From positions 18,886,651 through 18,950,650 of the forward strand of contig CM120647.1 in the NCBI GenBank assembly GCA_051362555.1: 64,000 nucleotides of DNA, given 5' to 3'. Source of the stretch: Lingula anatina (lineage: Eukaryota; Animalia; Brachiopoda). The number at the start of each line of letters is the position of its first letter. Positions within the stretch are counted from its first letter, which is position 1. A program made the translations under genes and the position numbers. This document shows, piece after piece, positions 1 to 14,220 of this stretch. The notes below the pieces were generated by a model. It saw only the letters and a list, made by a program, of their open reading frames with translations, was not told the origin of the DNA and ran no database searches.

Positions 1-2518
1 CAATAATTCACTATACGCAAATTTCGAAACAATATATAATTAAACTTAAACAAATATATCGTAAGCTTAAACAAATGTAGAATATAATCTTTATCTTGAT
101 GTCCATGGTATTAACAGTCGATCTAATGACTTTTGATACATATGTAATACTAGGGATTCGTGGTGCGCTCTTCATCATTATATACTAATTATTATTTTTT
201 AATTTGAGATATTTGCATCCTGCTTTGAATCGGCGGTTGCATACATATTTATGCCTCCTAGTATTTTACAAATGAGCATATGAAATAAAATATGTTATTG
301 CTGAATCACAGATTCAGATGTTCAGAAGAAAAGAAATTAGACTAGCTGTACCCCGAAGGGGGCACTGTTTATGCAGGCAAGGTGGGTCACATGGGGTATC
401 GTTCTCCACCTTACTTCGTTCAGCAAGTTAAATGTACCAGATGTGACATTTTAAAAATTGAGGGTACAGACATTTGAAAATAAGTTGGTTTTGTCTCTTT
501 TTTTCAAGTATTCATATTTTATTATATTTTGGAGGTGGGGAGGGGGGGGGGTAGGAGGGAAGAAGAGAAGACAGGAGTATTTCCAAATCTCGGGGGCACT
601 TCGTGTGCCCACCCCTGGGTTTGCAATTGGTTCAGTAATGTGGAAAAGTAGCATACACGTACCTTTGTTTTGTAGTTGTTTTTTTTTCTGTTTTGAAGGT
701 TGGCATTCGGTGATTATTCCTAAATCCGAAATAAACACCACAAATGATGTTAATAAAGTTCAGCGTTGCATTCTGTCAGCATGCTATCGTCTCATTATGT
801 GTCAAGCGTATCGAATGTTAGTGACTCATTGAATTTTCTATGAAATTAAAAGCTGCCGTTTCCCACTCCTCAATAAAGTTATTGACGATAAGCGCAATTA
901 TGTTTTTTTCTATCTATTTCATTTTTTATAACGTATCTTATACGCAGAGAAGCTGTTACTTTTCATAAAAATCATATTACTATATCCTTCCAATCAATAC
1001 CGGTGCAACGCAAATAATTTAAAATCTGGCACCAAGTGCATTTCAACCGTCCTAAAGCAAACCTGATGAAAAGAATGCATTCAAAAAAGGCATGTACTCA
1101 GTACGTTTTATTACATATAACAAAATGGAAAAACCTACATGTAAATACTTTTTTAAGTTGTTATACAGGTATGTAGGTAACAAAAGACACAATGATAAAT
1201 AAACGACCGTTCTTTTTAATATTTGGCCAAACGTTTTACCACCGCCTCACCGGAGGTGTTCATTTTGAATGTAAATTTATCGCTGTTATTTAGATCTGCA
1301 AAAGAAGTGTTTCTGTTGTGTTCCATTTATAAGAGAAGTATTCTGTGAAAGACGAATTTATGGGCAAACAATGAAAAAATGCTCTCTTTATCCTGTGTAA
1401 ATGCATATTACATTAACATTTGCATAGATATGATGTAATTACTTTATGAGTCTCATATTCTGGAGGGAGAATGGGGCAACTTAACGACAAATAATTTGCG
1501 AAAAGGTGGAGTTTTAAAGTCATTTTTTTCCACTGCCAAACACATTCTGTAAATGGTTGAAACACTTGGTATAGTTTGCACACTATACTGTATTACAAAT
1601 GATGCATATATGAAGATAAACGGAAACGGCATGAAAAGAAATATACCGAATGCTTCAAAATAGTTATTAAACTGAAACGTAATTCATTTCTTATGCATTA
1701 GAAATAGATGTAATTTGGATCAGCCTTGTCTTTTACAGACCAAATCGTCGTTTAAAAGTGATTTTTAACACTCTAGAAGCACTAACAGAAAAGCCAAGGA
1801 CCAAGCCTGTATGGCTACCTCGAAGGTTGCCATAATGAGACACCGTGCCTTAATGTTCAAACTCTTTAAATTTGGAAACAACAGAAATATGCTTTAACGC
1901 TTTCATAGCATTTTTAAATTTCATAGCATTCTTAAAAGACAAAACGCCCGTTATATATTTTAATGACGTTATAGTACCATAAAACCTGCAAACCACAGTA
2001 AACCAAATAATTTTCACAATTTACAATGGTGACGTTTTGCATAATATGAATCAAACGGGTGTACAAAACAGGGCTGCTTTGTCACCCTCGGCTACTATGT
2101 CTTACTTACGAGTCGTAGCTCTCAGCGCTCCCCACCAAACTTCTGACTGTCTGACAGTGAACCGGGACGACTTATTGTTAAAACAGTCGGCGTTGAACAT
2201 CTGCTTCATATGCTGCACACCATTACCGATCATAACATATGCCACGCTCTTGATAGATCTCTCATTCAATATGCAAAAATTGCCTCATTTGTCCCAATTT
2301 GCAACACGAAATACTGATGTTAAGATGTGTTGAACTGGTATGATGGTGAGACGCTACATAAAGGATGTACGATATCGTAAGAGTCTTCATGGCCTTAGTT
2401 GACATTAATTAAATGCAAGTTTCAGAGGTCTTAAGAGATACAAAAATCGCAGTGGACGGAGGGGGGCGGCAGTGCCGACTCCTACACCTTGTGAGACATA
2501 CCCATCTCCCTTTCTCAA

Positions 2519-2566
<48 letters not shown>

Positions 2567-3645
2567 TTATATATGGTACCCATGTGGTTTACTGCTGCAA
2601 TTATATAGAGCAAAACAAGGGTACACCTGCAGCCAGCCCTTTACCCCCAGTTTTTAATTCTTGGATCAGCACGTGTACACAATACATGTGTGTATAAGGA
2701 TGCGTTTTTACACAAACATACAAAGGTAAGATTTATGGCACAAAATACAATTTTATACACAGACACAAACACCAAAGCCCCTAAAAATACGCTATACACG
2801 TACACTTAACCACCGAATTACAAATTACAAATCTTTACAACCGTTAACAACATGCATATTTTAATTAAAATTCTACAGACTTGTTTCCCAATAGTACTTT
2901 CATTTTCTTTTTAGTTCCCATTGTGCATTAGCACCCTGGTTTAAGTTTACTGGCCTTTACATGGCTTTAATATGTTTCATTTCCCAACTCGTCAGAATTC
3001 AGAACCCAATTCGTCTGAACCCACAAAGTGTTTTCTACTGTAATATACTTGTACTTTCTGCTCATGGTGAAGTGAATATTCTACCTGTCTTACATATACA
3101 TGTACTTTTTCGTTGGGTCAAGGTCGTACCACACATCACCAAGGTCAACTACTGTGTATTTATTATTTATATCCAATGAAATTCTAATATTGCTGCGTTA
3201 TCTATCCCGCAGTTAATTACTGACTGGTAAAAACTTTTTAGAATTTTTGAAGAGGGCTTCCCTTTGTCTATGGATGGGCCATTTACAAAAAATGAATGGG
3301 GAAACTCGATTATTTATTATCAAACACATTATTTTGACTAAATGCAATATTAAAAAATAATCCCACTTGGAGTGCATAAAAGCCTGGCAGAAAAAGACAG
3401 AAAATGTAATTATAAGAGGAGCTTATTTTGAGGTGGAAACAGCGACTTTTTTGTTGTGTAGAAGCAACATACATGTTAATTGATTTTGATACCACTTTGA
3501 CCGACATTTGTTTTCAGACACACCTTGTTTGTTTAAAGATTTATAACCAATATTTGATCAACCAAAATGGCAAAGTCGGATTGGAATGCTAGACATCAAC
3601 CCATTCACAAATGCAAATTTTCTTTATTTCCAACAATAATTAATT

Positions 3646-3647
<2 letters not shown>

Positions 3648-3716
<69 letters not shown>
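3648..3716. repeat. (TA)n microsatellite
   Basis: Pure TA run. Others occur near 10326-10393 and 40578-40625; (TAA)n near 2519-2565, 27756-27800 and 51764-51808. Confidence 0.95.
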
Positions 3717-3721
<5 letters not shown>

Positions 3722-6700
3722 TGCTTCGGTTCCGCGTCAACTCGGCCGTACGCACGTGTATTCGGTACCATGACTAATTTGTAATGTGTTTTGTCGTAGT
3801 TTTCAGACAAATGTCCTTGTTTAACAAAAATCATTCTACTTCTTATTTTCCTATATGGCATTGTTACACTTTTTTATATGCAGAGTCAGTTTTACAACTG
3901 TGAGTGTTCCATGATATAGCACAGCGACACAGAAATCATTTCACTATTACACTATACCCCTGTAGTATTCATGACGCTGGCTTCAGTGGTCGGTCAATTA
4001 CGCCCGCTGCGTATATAAAGATTTCCTGGCGTACTATGGCGTATAATGACCCTTATTTGAATTATACTGCTGTTGGTTAAATACTGTTCACAGGCTACAT
4101 GTCCCTTCCGCACGCAACTGAGTTATTTTCCTAGGTCTCCGGGTTGACATGCAGCAAAGAGTACTAGAAGTACAAGCGGTCAGCTGGCCGACACTTACAC
4201 TCTGAGCTTGAGACCTTTGTATAAAAACTATGGGTTTTCCTGGTAATTTCCACACTTTTTCCGTCATTGAAAAGTTATATCTTTAAAAAATCCCCAAAAG
4301 CTTTAAGGGCTCATTCACAATGAAGCTCTCGGTTTACGTAGATCGATCTAACACCGCTGGAATCTAACTTGCTGAATGCAATCAGTTTGACAGATCAACA
4401 CACTTTCTCTTGTTTCCAACATATTCCTTTAATAACCAGCTTCTCTGTATTCTACCCAGTGCTAGGAAGATGCATGTTAATCTGTTTAACTGACTGCATT
4501 CAGCGTGAGTCCCTGCAAAGATGGATCGATCTACGTAGACCACTATTTTCAATGGTGATGCGCCAAAAGTCCATCTCGTGATGGAAAAAGAGACTGTTGA
4601 ATATTTCAGTCGTTTACTCACGGTGAAATGCATAACTTATGATCTTGAAAACAATTTTATATTGGCAATAAAGAGACCACTGCTGAAATAATGGTCTTAT
4701 GCTGTGTGTATATTCAGAGCCCAAATACTGAATTTGTTCTTCTGGCCTGTCTATTTTTATACTCGTCTGTGACTGTACTTAATATCATGCGTAACAAGTG
4801 CTTTAAAACAAAAAATAATACGGAAATTGCGAAATTTGCTAAATATACATTTCACAAATGTGTTCGCTTGTTGCAGTTGAAAGGTGGAACGAGTCTGAGT
4901 ACATTAAATCCAGGTTTCTTTAGGTTTCTTTGTGAACATTTAGTTAATCCGTCTTATTATTGGCCTTGTTCCACATGCATTCCTTTTTTTCTCATTGTGT
5001 TTCTCGTCCACTCCCTCTCTCTGTTAAAACCTTATAATTTGACATATTTGCTCTACCCACCATTCCGTGTCCGAGATTGACAATGTGAGCTCACCGTAAA
5101 ACTAACAATAAGAAACAAACTTATCCAAAGAGGTGTTAGAATGATAGACACTTTCACACGTGGCTAAATCTGTTGACTTTAAGTACAGACAAAACATGGC
5201 CAGAGCATTAAATGTTGCACACGGGATTACAGGTGTGCACCCATCACATTTCATTACTATTTGCTCAATTTTATAAGCCTTGACACTGCTTCTATAATGC
5301 ATACAATAACTTCACGCCTTGATTCTCGCGTTACAATCCCTTTACATCTTCCACAAACACACCAAAAGAGCAATAAAACAACATTTTATTGATTAGTTTT
5401 CGTAGCAATATACTTTCTTTTTTGTTTGGAATTCAATCCTCTTCACAATGGATAAAGGAGTTTGGGCTTTCATGTGTCATAGCGTCACTGATCTTACGTG
5501 CCCATCGCATAACCCGAATTGAATTCCAGCCTGCAGGGTCTATAGTTCCCCCTCTCGGTTACCCTTAACGCTCCAATAACACCCTTCTTCCTCTCCTAGG
5601 GACCCCATCAGTTCTTTTCATAGTCTTTACCCACATTACATTGCACTATCAAATACAGATTAAGCCTTATTTTTAATCCTTCCGACATCAAATCCGGAGG
5701 ATCGGAAATGCGTTCGTGACGTTCACAATTCACCTCAGGCTTAGTGCAGTTGGGATTTAGAACGCTTACGATATAAGCCGTTTAAAACCAATGTGTGATT
5801 GTTTAAAAACACACAATGAGCCCTGTGGTTTCTTAAATAGCAAAATTGTAATTTCTCTTGGAGGTTGCATCCAGTTTCCCTCAATCAAGCGGTATATTGT
5901 ATCTTAAACGGTTTAAAGAATAAGGATCCATAAACTCGAATTTGGTGTAAACATTCATATATTTTGAGTCTCGTTATTAACAGTGGTGTGAATTACTCTC
6001 GAGACGGTAAAGATATTAGTTAACGTGTAAGAAGCTGACATGTTTATGCTGTGCAAAACAATTCTGGATAAAGTAAATCTTGGCTATAAACTGATTTTGC
6101 TGAAATAAACAGTAGGAAGTTTACTTGGGGAGAACCTGTGAAAAAGAGTAAAACCCAAGTAGCAAAATAACACGAGCGGACCTCTTAATGTGTACCGGTA
6201 CAGAATGAGCCACTTAAGTATACCGATGGATATAAAAAGGGCATTATATTAACTACACAAATAATAAAACAGTTTTCACGTCATTTCATGATTAGTTTAT
6301 TACAGCAGTGCCCAGTTAGAAGTTTGTTAAGCTTATTTTTTTTATCAACGCCCCTTTTTTACACAATGCTAACTTCTATATCTAATAGGCACTGCGGATG
6401 ATTTAACATCAACACAAATAATTGCACCCTCGATCTGTATACGTATTCACGTTAGACCACAATAGAACGAGTTTCTTTCAAAATTCTCAATGACTTCATC
6501 CACCGTATAGATCATTGACGTCTCGATAAAAAAGGCAATAGGCGAAAAAAATTAATTCCCCAGTAAAGGTACATTGGACAGATATCGGTTCGTGCATGCA
6601 TAACACTTGGATGTGATTATGTTGGGATTATATCATCGGCCTCCTTAAAACTGATGTGAACGCATTATTCATACCCGTATTACCACGCCCCTAGCAACGA

Positions 6701-6957
6701 TACAGTTCCGCATGTTTACGCTGTAGGTCCGCATTCTTTTATATTTTACCGAGGTAGGCGTACCCAGAAGTACCTGTAAGCATACTGAAAAAAGAAGAAA
6801 AAAAATGATACAAACAATAATATGAAGGCCTGTCAATCTTTGTGCGCTCTTTTATACGGTGGTGTGTTAAAGCGCAGATCTGTATACGTTATTGGTTGAA
6901 GCATCGTTGACGAGCCGCGTTGACAATGATTGACAAACAAACACTACTGGGTACATG

Positions 6958-7000
6958 TATAAAGAGGAGAGAGAGAGAGAGACGGGGACCGGCGTTCACT
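6958..7000 (+). promoter_or_regulatory. Putative core promoter of gene 1 (TATA box plus initiator-like TCA)
   Basis: TATAAA at 6958-6963, reverse CCAAT (ATTGG) at 6891-6895 and an initiator-like TTCACT near 6995, about 80 nt upstream of ATG 7041, which is followed by a GTAGGT donor. Confidence 0.55.
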
Positions 7001-7040
7001 CAAATCCCTGCCAACCAGCCTCCCTATACCTGCAGAAAAG

Positions 7041-7492
7041 ATGAAGGTAGGTGTATATCAAGGATACAAGGAAAGGAGAGGCAAATGACATGCTTTGATT
7101 CAGCGGGGAGGTTTGTGGTTGTTTATTTGTTTATTTATTTATATGGTTTATTTTCTAAAAAGAAAATGCCCCGGCTTCTCTAAACGTTTTGTGATGAGAC
7201 ACTGATTGCAGGCTTAAATTGTTTTTTATAGTTAAGAAATGTACACACAAACAACTGAGAATTGATCCAATGGGCATGTTTTACATATTTTTCGAAAATT
7301 TGAATTTTAATCGTCTTCATACATGTAGGAAGTAAGGGATAAAGTAGAAACAAAATGACCTGCGTTGATTTAATTTATACAATGGAGGACGTAAAGTAGA
7401 TGCCACTATACAAAATATAGCATTCCATGACAATGGAAATTTTTTTAGATTTATCTGTTCTACACATGATAAACCTCATATTTTGTGAAAAG

Positions 7493-7535
<43 letters not shown>

Positions 7536-10322
7536 CGCGTGCGCATAAACATATTTAATAGATATAAAAGTTTTGATACAAAAAAGATGTATCAGGGGAA
7601 CCCTTTAATGAAAAATTGATTTCTGGTTGTAGCCATAGCAAAAAAAAAAAAAACAAAAAAAAAACATGTATATCAGTTGCAAAGCACACATTTGATTCTT
7701 GCTAGCAGAGTTGTACTGTATATATAAATATGTAGGGAAGATCGTTCTGTTTCTACCAACATCATAATATGTGACGCAAATAAACGACAAAAAGGGATAA
7801 TTCTGGACCAGCGGCATGGAAAATAATTCAGGCTTGAAAAGATGAATATGTGAACAAAGGGCCCAGTATATCAAACGCACGGGAGCCACGCTGACAGAAC
7901 TGCTCAATACCAGTACTTCTGTAGGATTTTCTCTTTCTATGTAAGCTAACATTACACGATGTATACAGTAAGTAAACGAACGCCCGCATGTACCCTTAGT
8001 CTTATTTCTGCTGTGCAAATACCACGAAATATACGAGGAGTTTTCTGATGTAAAGGCGAGTTATGTTGTGTATATATATACTGTAGATTTGGTGAAAAAG
8101 TCACAAGAAATTTCTAAGGGATCTTTCGTGAAACACTGATGACGTTTTTAGTAATTCAATTTCTTCCTTCTATAAATAACTTTTATAAAAAATTATTCTG
8201 GTATTTTCCAGACAGCGTGAAAGATAGAATCCGTCTCCGACAAAAAGTCTACTGCATTTCAAATTTCGGAGAACGAAGGCTGCATGAAACAAAATTTTGC
8301 TTAAAAAGTAATTTGCCATTTGTAAACAACAAATTGTTAGTAGCGACCAATTGAATTTTGCTTTACATCACGATAAAGGGGGGTCGGATATACACTATCA
8401 AGGTCATATATCGGTGATTTTTTTCTTTAACAAAGCTCATATATGGTGTGCATGCACTTCACGTTTTAAACAAAAAACCGTCGTATTTTCGTCGTATTTT
8501 CGTTCTGTCTGAAATACAAGTACACGTCACGGTACATGCAGCAGTAAAGTATGTTTCACATTTCCACATGGAACAGTATAGTGTTCTGTAAAGCAGAATT
8601 TTGACTTGTCTTACCATGTAAATAAGCTAAGTTGGTGGGGGGGGGGGGGGGCGACATCACTCCCTTGTAAAAGCTCTAAACGCTCTTATGGAATTTAATC
8701 CAGGTAACTGACTGTTTCGAGCGCGGAGGCTCTTTTTAGGTGATTCTCTTACGAGGCATATTGTCAGTCCCACAAACTGGAGCGACACAGAAAACTGTAT
8801 CTCGCGGTGTGAAGAGAGTCTACGGCTTCATGTCCCTCGTGCCAGGGCTCTACGCGGCAGCTTTATTTTACTTCGACAGATATTTTTAAGGGTGACCGAA
8901 TTTACACTTGTCTAGGCAAACATTTATTATGGTACACAAAGAACTGGAGTAAGACTTGATGTCTGGATTATACTCGTGAACACCTGAGGGCACAAAGCTT
9001 GGGCAGGGTGGGTGGCTTCATGCATTAAACGAAAGACAGAAAGTCCGCCTGAAAAAATGACCTTGGTTCTTTTAACAATTTTTTTTGTACCTTCACCTTG
9101 GTAAGGAAAATACATACGTGTTGTGCATGGGAAGACCTCGGAATGAAGTTGTCTCCCTGAGACGGTGGAATTATGTCTTATTTGTCGTCTTGTCAAGGCA
9201 ATTAAATTCACATTATGTACATGTGTAATTTTCCATGTGAGGGCGCACGCTTTGTGTGATTGCTGGGTGATTAAATGCCAAGGAATCAGATGACAAACCA
9301 CTGACGCAAGTTGGAGTTTTCAGCGTGATTCCATTTCGTTTGTCTGGCAAAGGAGCATTATTCAATTTCTTTATCCAGTGCACGTTATACGGGCGTGGCA
9401 TTCCTGACCTCGCCCTTTCCATTGTTAGTGCTTGCAAGTCGGATTTTTTTGGAAAGTCTAAGACCCCATTCTCATAGACACTATCGTTCTACGGGGATCC
9501 ACCCAATTCTGAGAGGACTCTTTCAGAGTGCTATCAGCATATATTTAAAGGGATAATAACTCTTCGTATGAGATTAATATTTCACAATACAAACATTGTG
9601 AATAACTCACAGAAATATAATATATTCTGTTTTACCACAAAAACGGCAGTTATAGCAATTATTCTGATATCTGAGCTTGTCTTAAGACCACGTGACCACC
9701 ATTGATGGCTATACTCTGATAAAATCTCTTAAAACTTTTTAGAAAAAAAAAAAAAAAACAGGGACTAACTTTGAATGTAAAAATGGATTCATTAAGCATT
9801 GGTAAGTGTGGGAAAATTAATTTTTTGGCCAAAACGAAGATTTATTATCCCTTTAACTGAATGGCACGCCCCCTATTGTTTCCAACGAACTGGAATAATC
9901 ACCAACTTTCCTGTATTCCACTCAACGCCAGGAGGAGGCATACAGATTTGTTTAACTATTTGTTTAACTATTAACTATTTAACGTGCGTGCTGTTGGAGT
10001 TGGACCGATCAAGATAGACTGGTGGCGTCTCTGGGAATGGGCCCAAACATATATAAAGCAAATATGCGCCTATATTTTCTGATGTCGCCACATCACTCAG
10101 TTTATCAATTATATTGTGGTCCAGGGTTTACCATGCCGTTGTTTACTTTAAAGGGTCGAATTCATAAAACGAAATCAAAGATGTCTTAGTTACAAAAAGG
10201 GTCAGCTATACTAGATTATGGAATGGGATCGTATAACACATTACCAATAGTCTGAAAAGATAGTTAAGGCAAAACAGATGGCTGAGCATATCTCGGTGAT
10301 AAAAAGAGAAAGAAAAAAAGAA

Positions 10323-10375
<53 letters not shown>

Positions 10376-13300
10376 CTTTCTATATATATATATACACCAT
10401 TCACATTCCATTTCTTTTTATTCAAGTCCCTGACCTTGACTTTGTTGATGCTGACCACGTGTATACTTACGGTGTCCAAGTGTGAGACGGGAAATGCCGA
10501 GATCATACGTGAACTGCAGAGCACGGTGGCCGCCTTGGGGAGGCAGCTGATAATGCAGCAGCTGTTTGTGGAGGAACGAATACGGTCTGAGGGAAGTTCT
10601 GGGCTCAAGCAGATAAGATTGCAAACAGGCGGTGAGTAGGTGATTTTGAAGGCTGGGTTTAATGTTTTTTTCAAGTCTTAAGTTTTATTGGGATGGTCAA
10701 TTATACTGTATAATGCTATTCTATGCAGCTATTCTATGCGGCCATGAGAGAAAGCAATAATAATAATAATAATAATGAATAGATCAATGAATATAAAAAT
10801 GAACAAATTAAAGGGTAATGTTTAAAAATGAAAGACGAAATATAAACCGGTCGTTTAAATGTCCAGAAACGACATTTCTTTCTCAGGCAGCCGACCTTAT
10901 CACTCCACCACCTTCGTCGGTAACAGCCTGGCGAACATCCACGACCATATCAACTACGACCGTACCCTGGGGATGGGGGAGACGATAGCTGTACTGAACG
11001 GTGTGGAGTTCAGGACTCGGCATAATGACTACAAGCTGAAGATGCCATGTCGTAGGAAACAGACGTTGCACTGCACTGAGGATATTCCCTTTCCAAAAGT
11101 GCCCAGAAAGGTAAGTAGTACTTTATACAGTGTTGTGTAATTTTTTATGAAGAGTTTGTTATTCAATGGTAAATTACATTTGTGTCATATGTTTTTTCAA
11201 TTGTTATGTGTGCGTGCAAGTACAAAGTTGTACCGAGTACTGAACCATTTATTTATTACTTAACCCATTTAATCTTAAGGGAAAACGTATAGAAATATGT
11301 GAACATAACTTTGAATGTAAAAATAGATTGATTAATCATTGGTATACGGATGGGAAAATTGTTGTTGACTCCAGGAAAATTCATTTTTTTTTTGGACAAA
11401 ACGAAGAGTCATTATCCCTTTAAGGTATTAAACATTAATTTAATGATAACAAGTCTATACTAACTGAACTACATATAACAACTGTTAAAGCACCGTTGAA
11501 TTTTTTTACTGCAACTGTAGTATGACATGTTTTTTCACAGGTTGCTTGCGAATGTTAATACAGCCTAGACATTAAGGCCGACTACTTTGTCCTTTATTCA
11601 TTGTATAGCAATACAAGTCTTTTTAACCAAGTCCAGATTGTGTATTGTGATCTGATGGACAATGACATGCGGTATATGTGGTGATAACCAAATGCACATA
11701 TTGCTGAAAACCGCGGAACTCATTTCGGCCAGTATCGCGAACTTCACTTTACGCAGCCAGCTTCGTCCATATTTCCCCAATTTCAAGTTTATAATTTTTT
11801 TTTGACACCGGCCTGTGTTTATCTTTTTAACCTTGCTGTTTATTTTCTGGTGTTAATCAGGTCATTTCAAAGGAAAGCGTCAGTGATCAAATAGCAGAGA
11901 TGAAGGAATATTTCAGAGCGTGGAAAGAGCAGGTGAGACAACTACAGCTAAAAGCGAAAATTCATGGCGCTTTTTATGGTCATTTCATTTGCTTTCATTT
12001 CTGCTTTTGGAAATCAGAAAGTTTTCTGGGTCATAAGTCATGAGTACGTAGATAAGTGATGTTTATACCGAAACAGCCTGTAAATGAAATAACAACATAA
12101 GAAATGAAGGGGGACAATCAAATAATTATCAGTCCCCTCAATGGAAGTTATCTACTTTTTTCAGGATAGTTCAATACGACGTTATAGCAATTTTTTCAAG
12201 CCTGTACTTTGCTACTTGGAAGGCGCATGGATGAAAAGTTCAGGTAAAATGGTTGTTGAAGAATTAAAATGATAAATACAACGATATCACTTAAGTTATG
12301 AAAATAACTAATGAATAGTGTTATATCTAAAATAATTAAAAATACTTTTGGGGAACATTTTACAAAAATGAGACTTTTAATTAACTACATCTCTGTAGTA
12401 CTGGCACCGGTTCATATACCCCGGCTGAGCATTTTGAACTCCAAAGTGGACTGCGCTTTTCAGGTTTCAGAAATATTATTACTGAAAATTACTACCTTCA
12501 CTTTCCAAGACAAAAATTGCTTGATAAAGGGCTTAAGTGGAATTCACACCTTTTAAAGTGATTTTCAAAACATATACAGGCCTTCATGCATGCAACGTAC
12601 CTTACTTCCTCGTCGTTTCTTACGTTTTCAGCGTCGCTCCAGGAATCCTTCGCCAGCGACCGCCACTTTCTGGACGCCACCAGTTGGTTCGACCTGCATC
12701 AGAAGGCTCGGTTCAGCGCAGCCTCTGGTCGTAAGGACAACTTAGAGAACTTCGCCTACCTCCCCGTCACGATCGCTCACCTCACCGGAATCAACGGCAC
12801 CATTCCCGAGTTTGCGCAGTGGAACTATCGGATATTATGCCATCCTCTCTCCCAAGACGTGCCCTTCAACAGGTTCCGCACCGTGGACGACCTCCATTCT
12901 AGAATGGCTTTCAAAGCGGGGATTGATCAACAGACGCTGTCCAGAAGGGCAAGGTGATAAAGACCCTTCTCATGTTATTCTAGTAAAAATAAACCTGCAT
13001 TTGAGTCCTGATTTATTATTCATTTAAGTCCATGTTGCTCTAACTTTTTTCGTGTGTAAAATACTTATAATTCATTATTATTCAATTATTGAATAATCTG
13101 TCCTTTACTTTATTGTTGCTCGTATTTTTGTGTTTTTACATACATGTTTTCCAGTTTAATTTTAAAGAATTTTAAAGCAAATAAGTAACTGCGTCTATTG
13201 AAGAATCAGCAAATCGATGAATTAATCCTTTGGCCTTCTTTTAATGTATATATTGTTTGCATCTGCCTCATCATTTATCTTATTTTCAAAAATATATGAT

Positions 13301-14181
13301 CAAATAAATAATAATAATAATTATGAAAAATAATGCATGATGCAATAAATATAAACCATGTAAAAGACGAAACAATATCTGATAAACGTACCAGATGTGC
13401 TTTAAAATCTCCAATATGTTAACACCGCATTCATTTGCTGTCTAACAGATCGGCGGATGAAATATGGCTGTCCCACCTGAAAGCATGGCGCGTAATCCTC
13501 TATAAGACCCCATTTCCATAGATTTTAGATCGATCTATCCCTGTGGGGAGTCTCACTAAATTACTGTCAGCTTAGCCGGCTTAAGCATCTGTCCCGCCTA
13601 CTGAAAGCTGTAAGGGGGTAATTAACTATGGTGCGCGCTCGGCTGACTGCAATTTAGCGTGAACCCCCAGGGAGTTAGGTCGATCTAAATCTTAATCCTG
13701 GATCGATCTAAATCTCTGGGAATACACCCTTAGACAGTGAATAAATTGCCCACGGGGATTAATTACGCCACAAGCTTTCAAGTGGATTGGCCACATTTCA
13801 TCCACCGATCTTTTAGTCCGCGGATTAACATTGGTTGTGAATACTGCCCATGTGTGCACAGATTTCAACTGAACCCAGAGGACTCGGACCATTGGGGTGA
13901 GGGTCGTTTCTACGATTATGGTTTCTTGGACTCATTAATGGAGCAGATCCCAGGGAAAGACAACTACCGCGCCAACTTGACGGACGACCTGTTTGGTGAC
14001 GTGGCCCTGCGGTATGAGGACGACGAGGACGGCAGCCCCCGTGTGCTGAACGCTGGCTTTTATCATCGCTGGTTCAAAGTTACGCAAAAGGTACCCGCTC
14101 TCTGGTGTCGCCTCTCTCTCTCTCTCTCCCTCTGATGCCAAAAAGAGTGATACAAAATACATGTAGCTCTTTTCATTGTAT

Positions 14182-14220
<39 letters not shown>

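Noticed and set aside
1-6900. Short ORFs in the first 7 kb
   Set aside because: They are low-complexity or microsatellite-driven, with no domain motifs or consistent splice structure. I treated the region as intergenic with repeat fragments.
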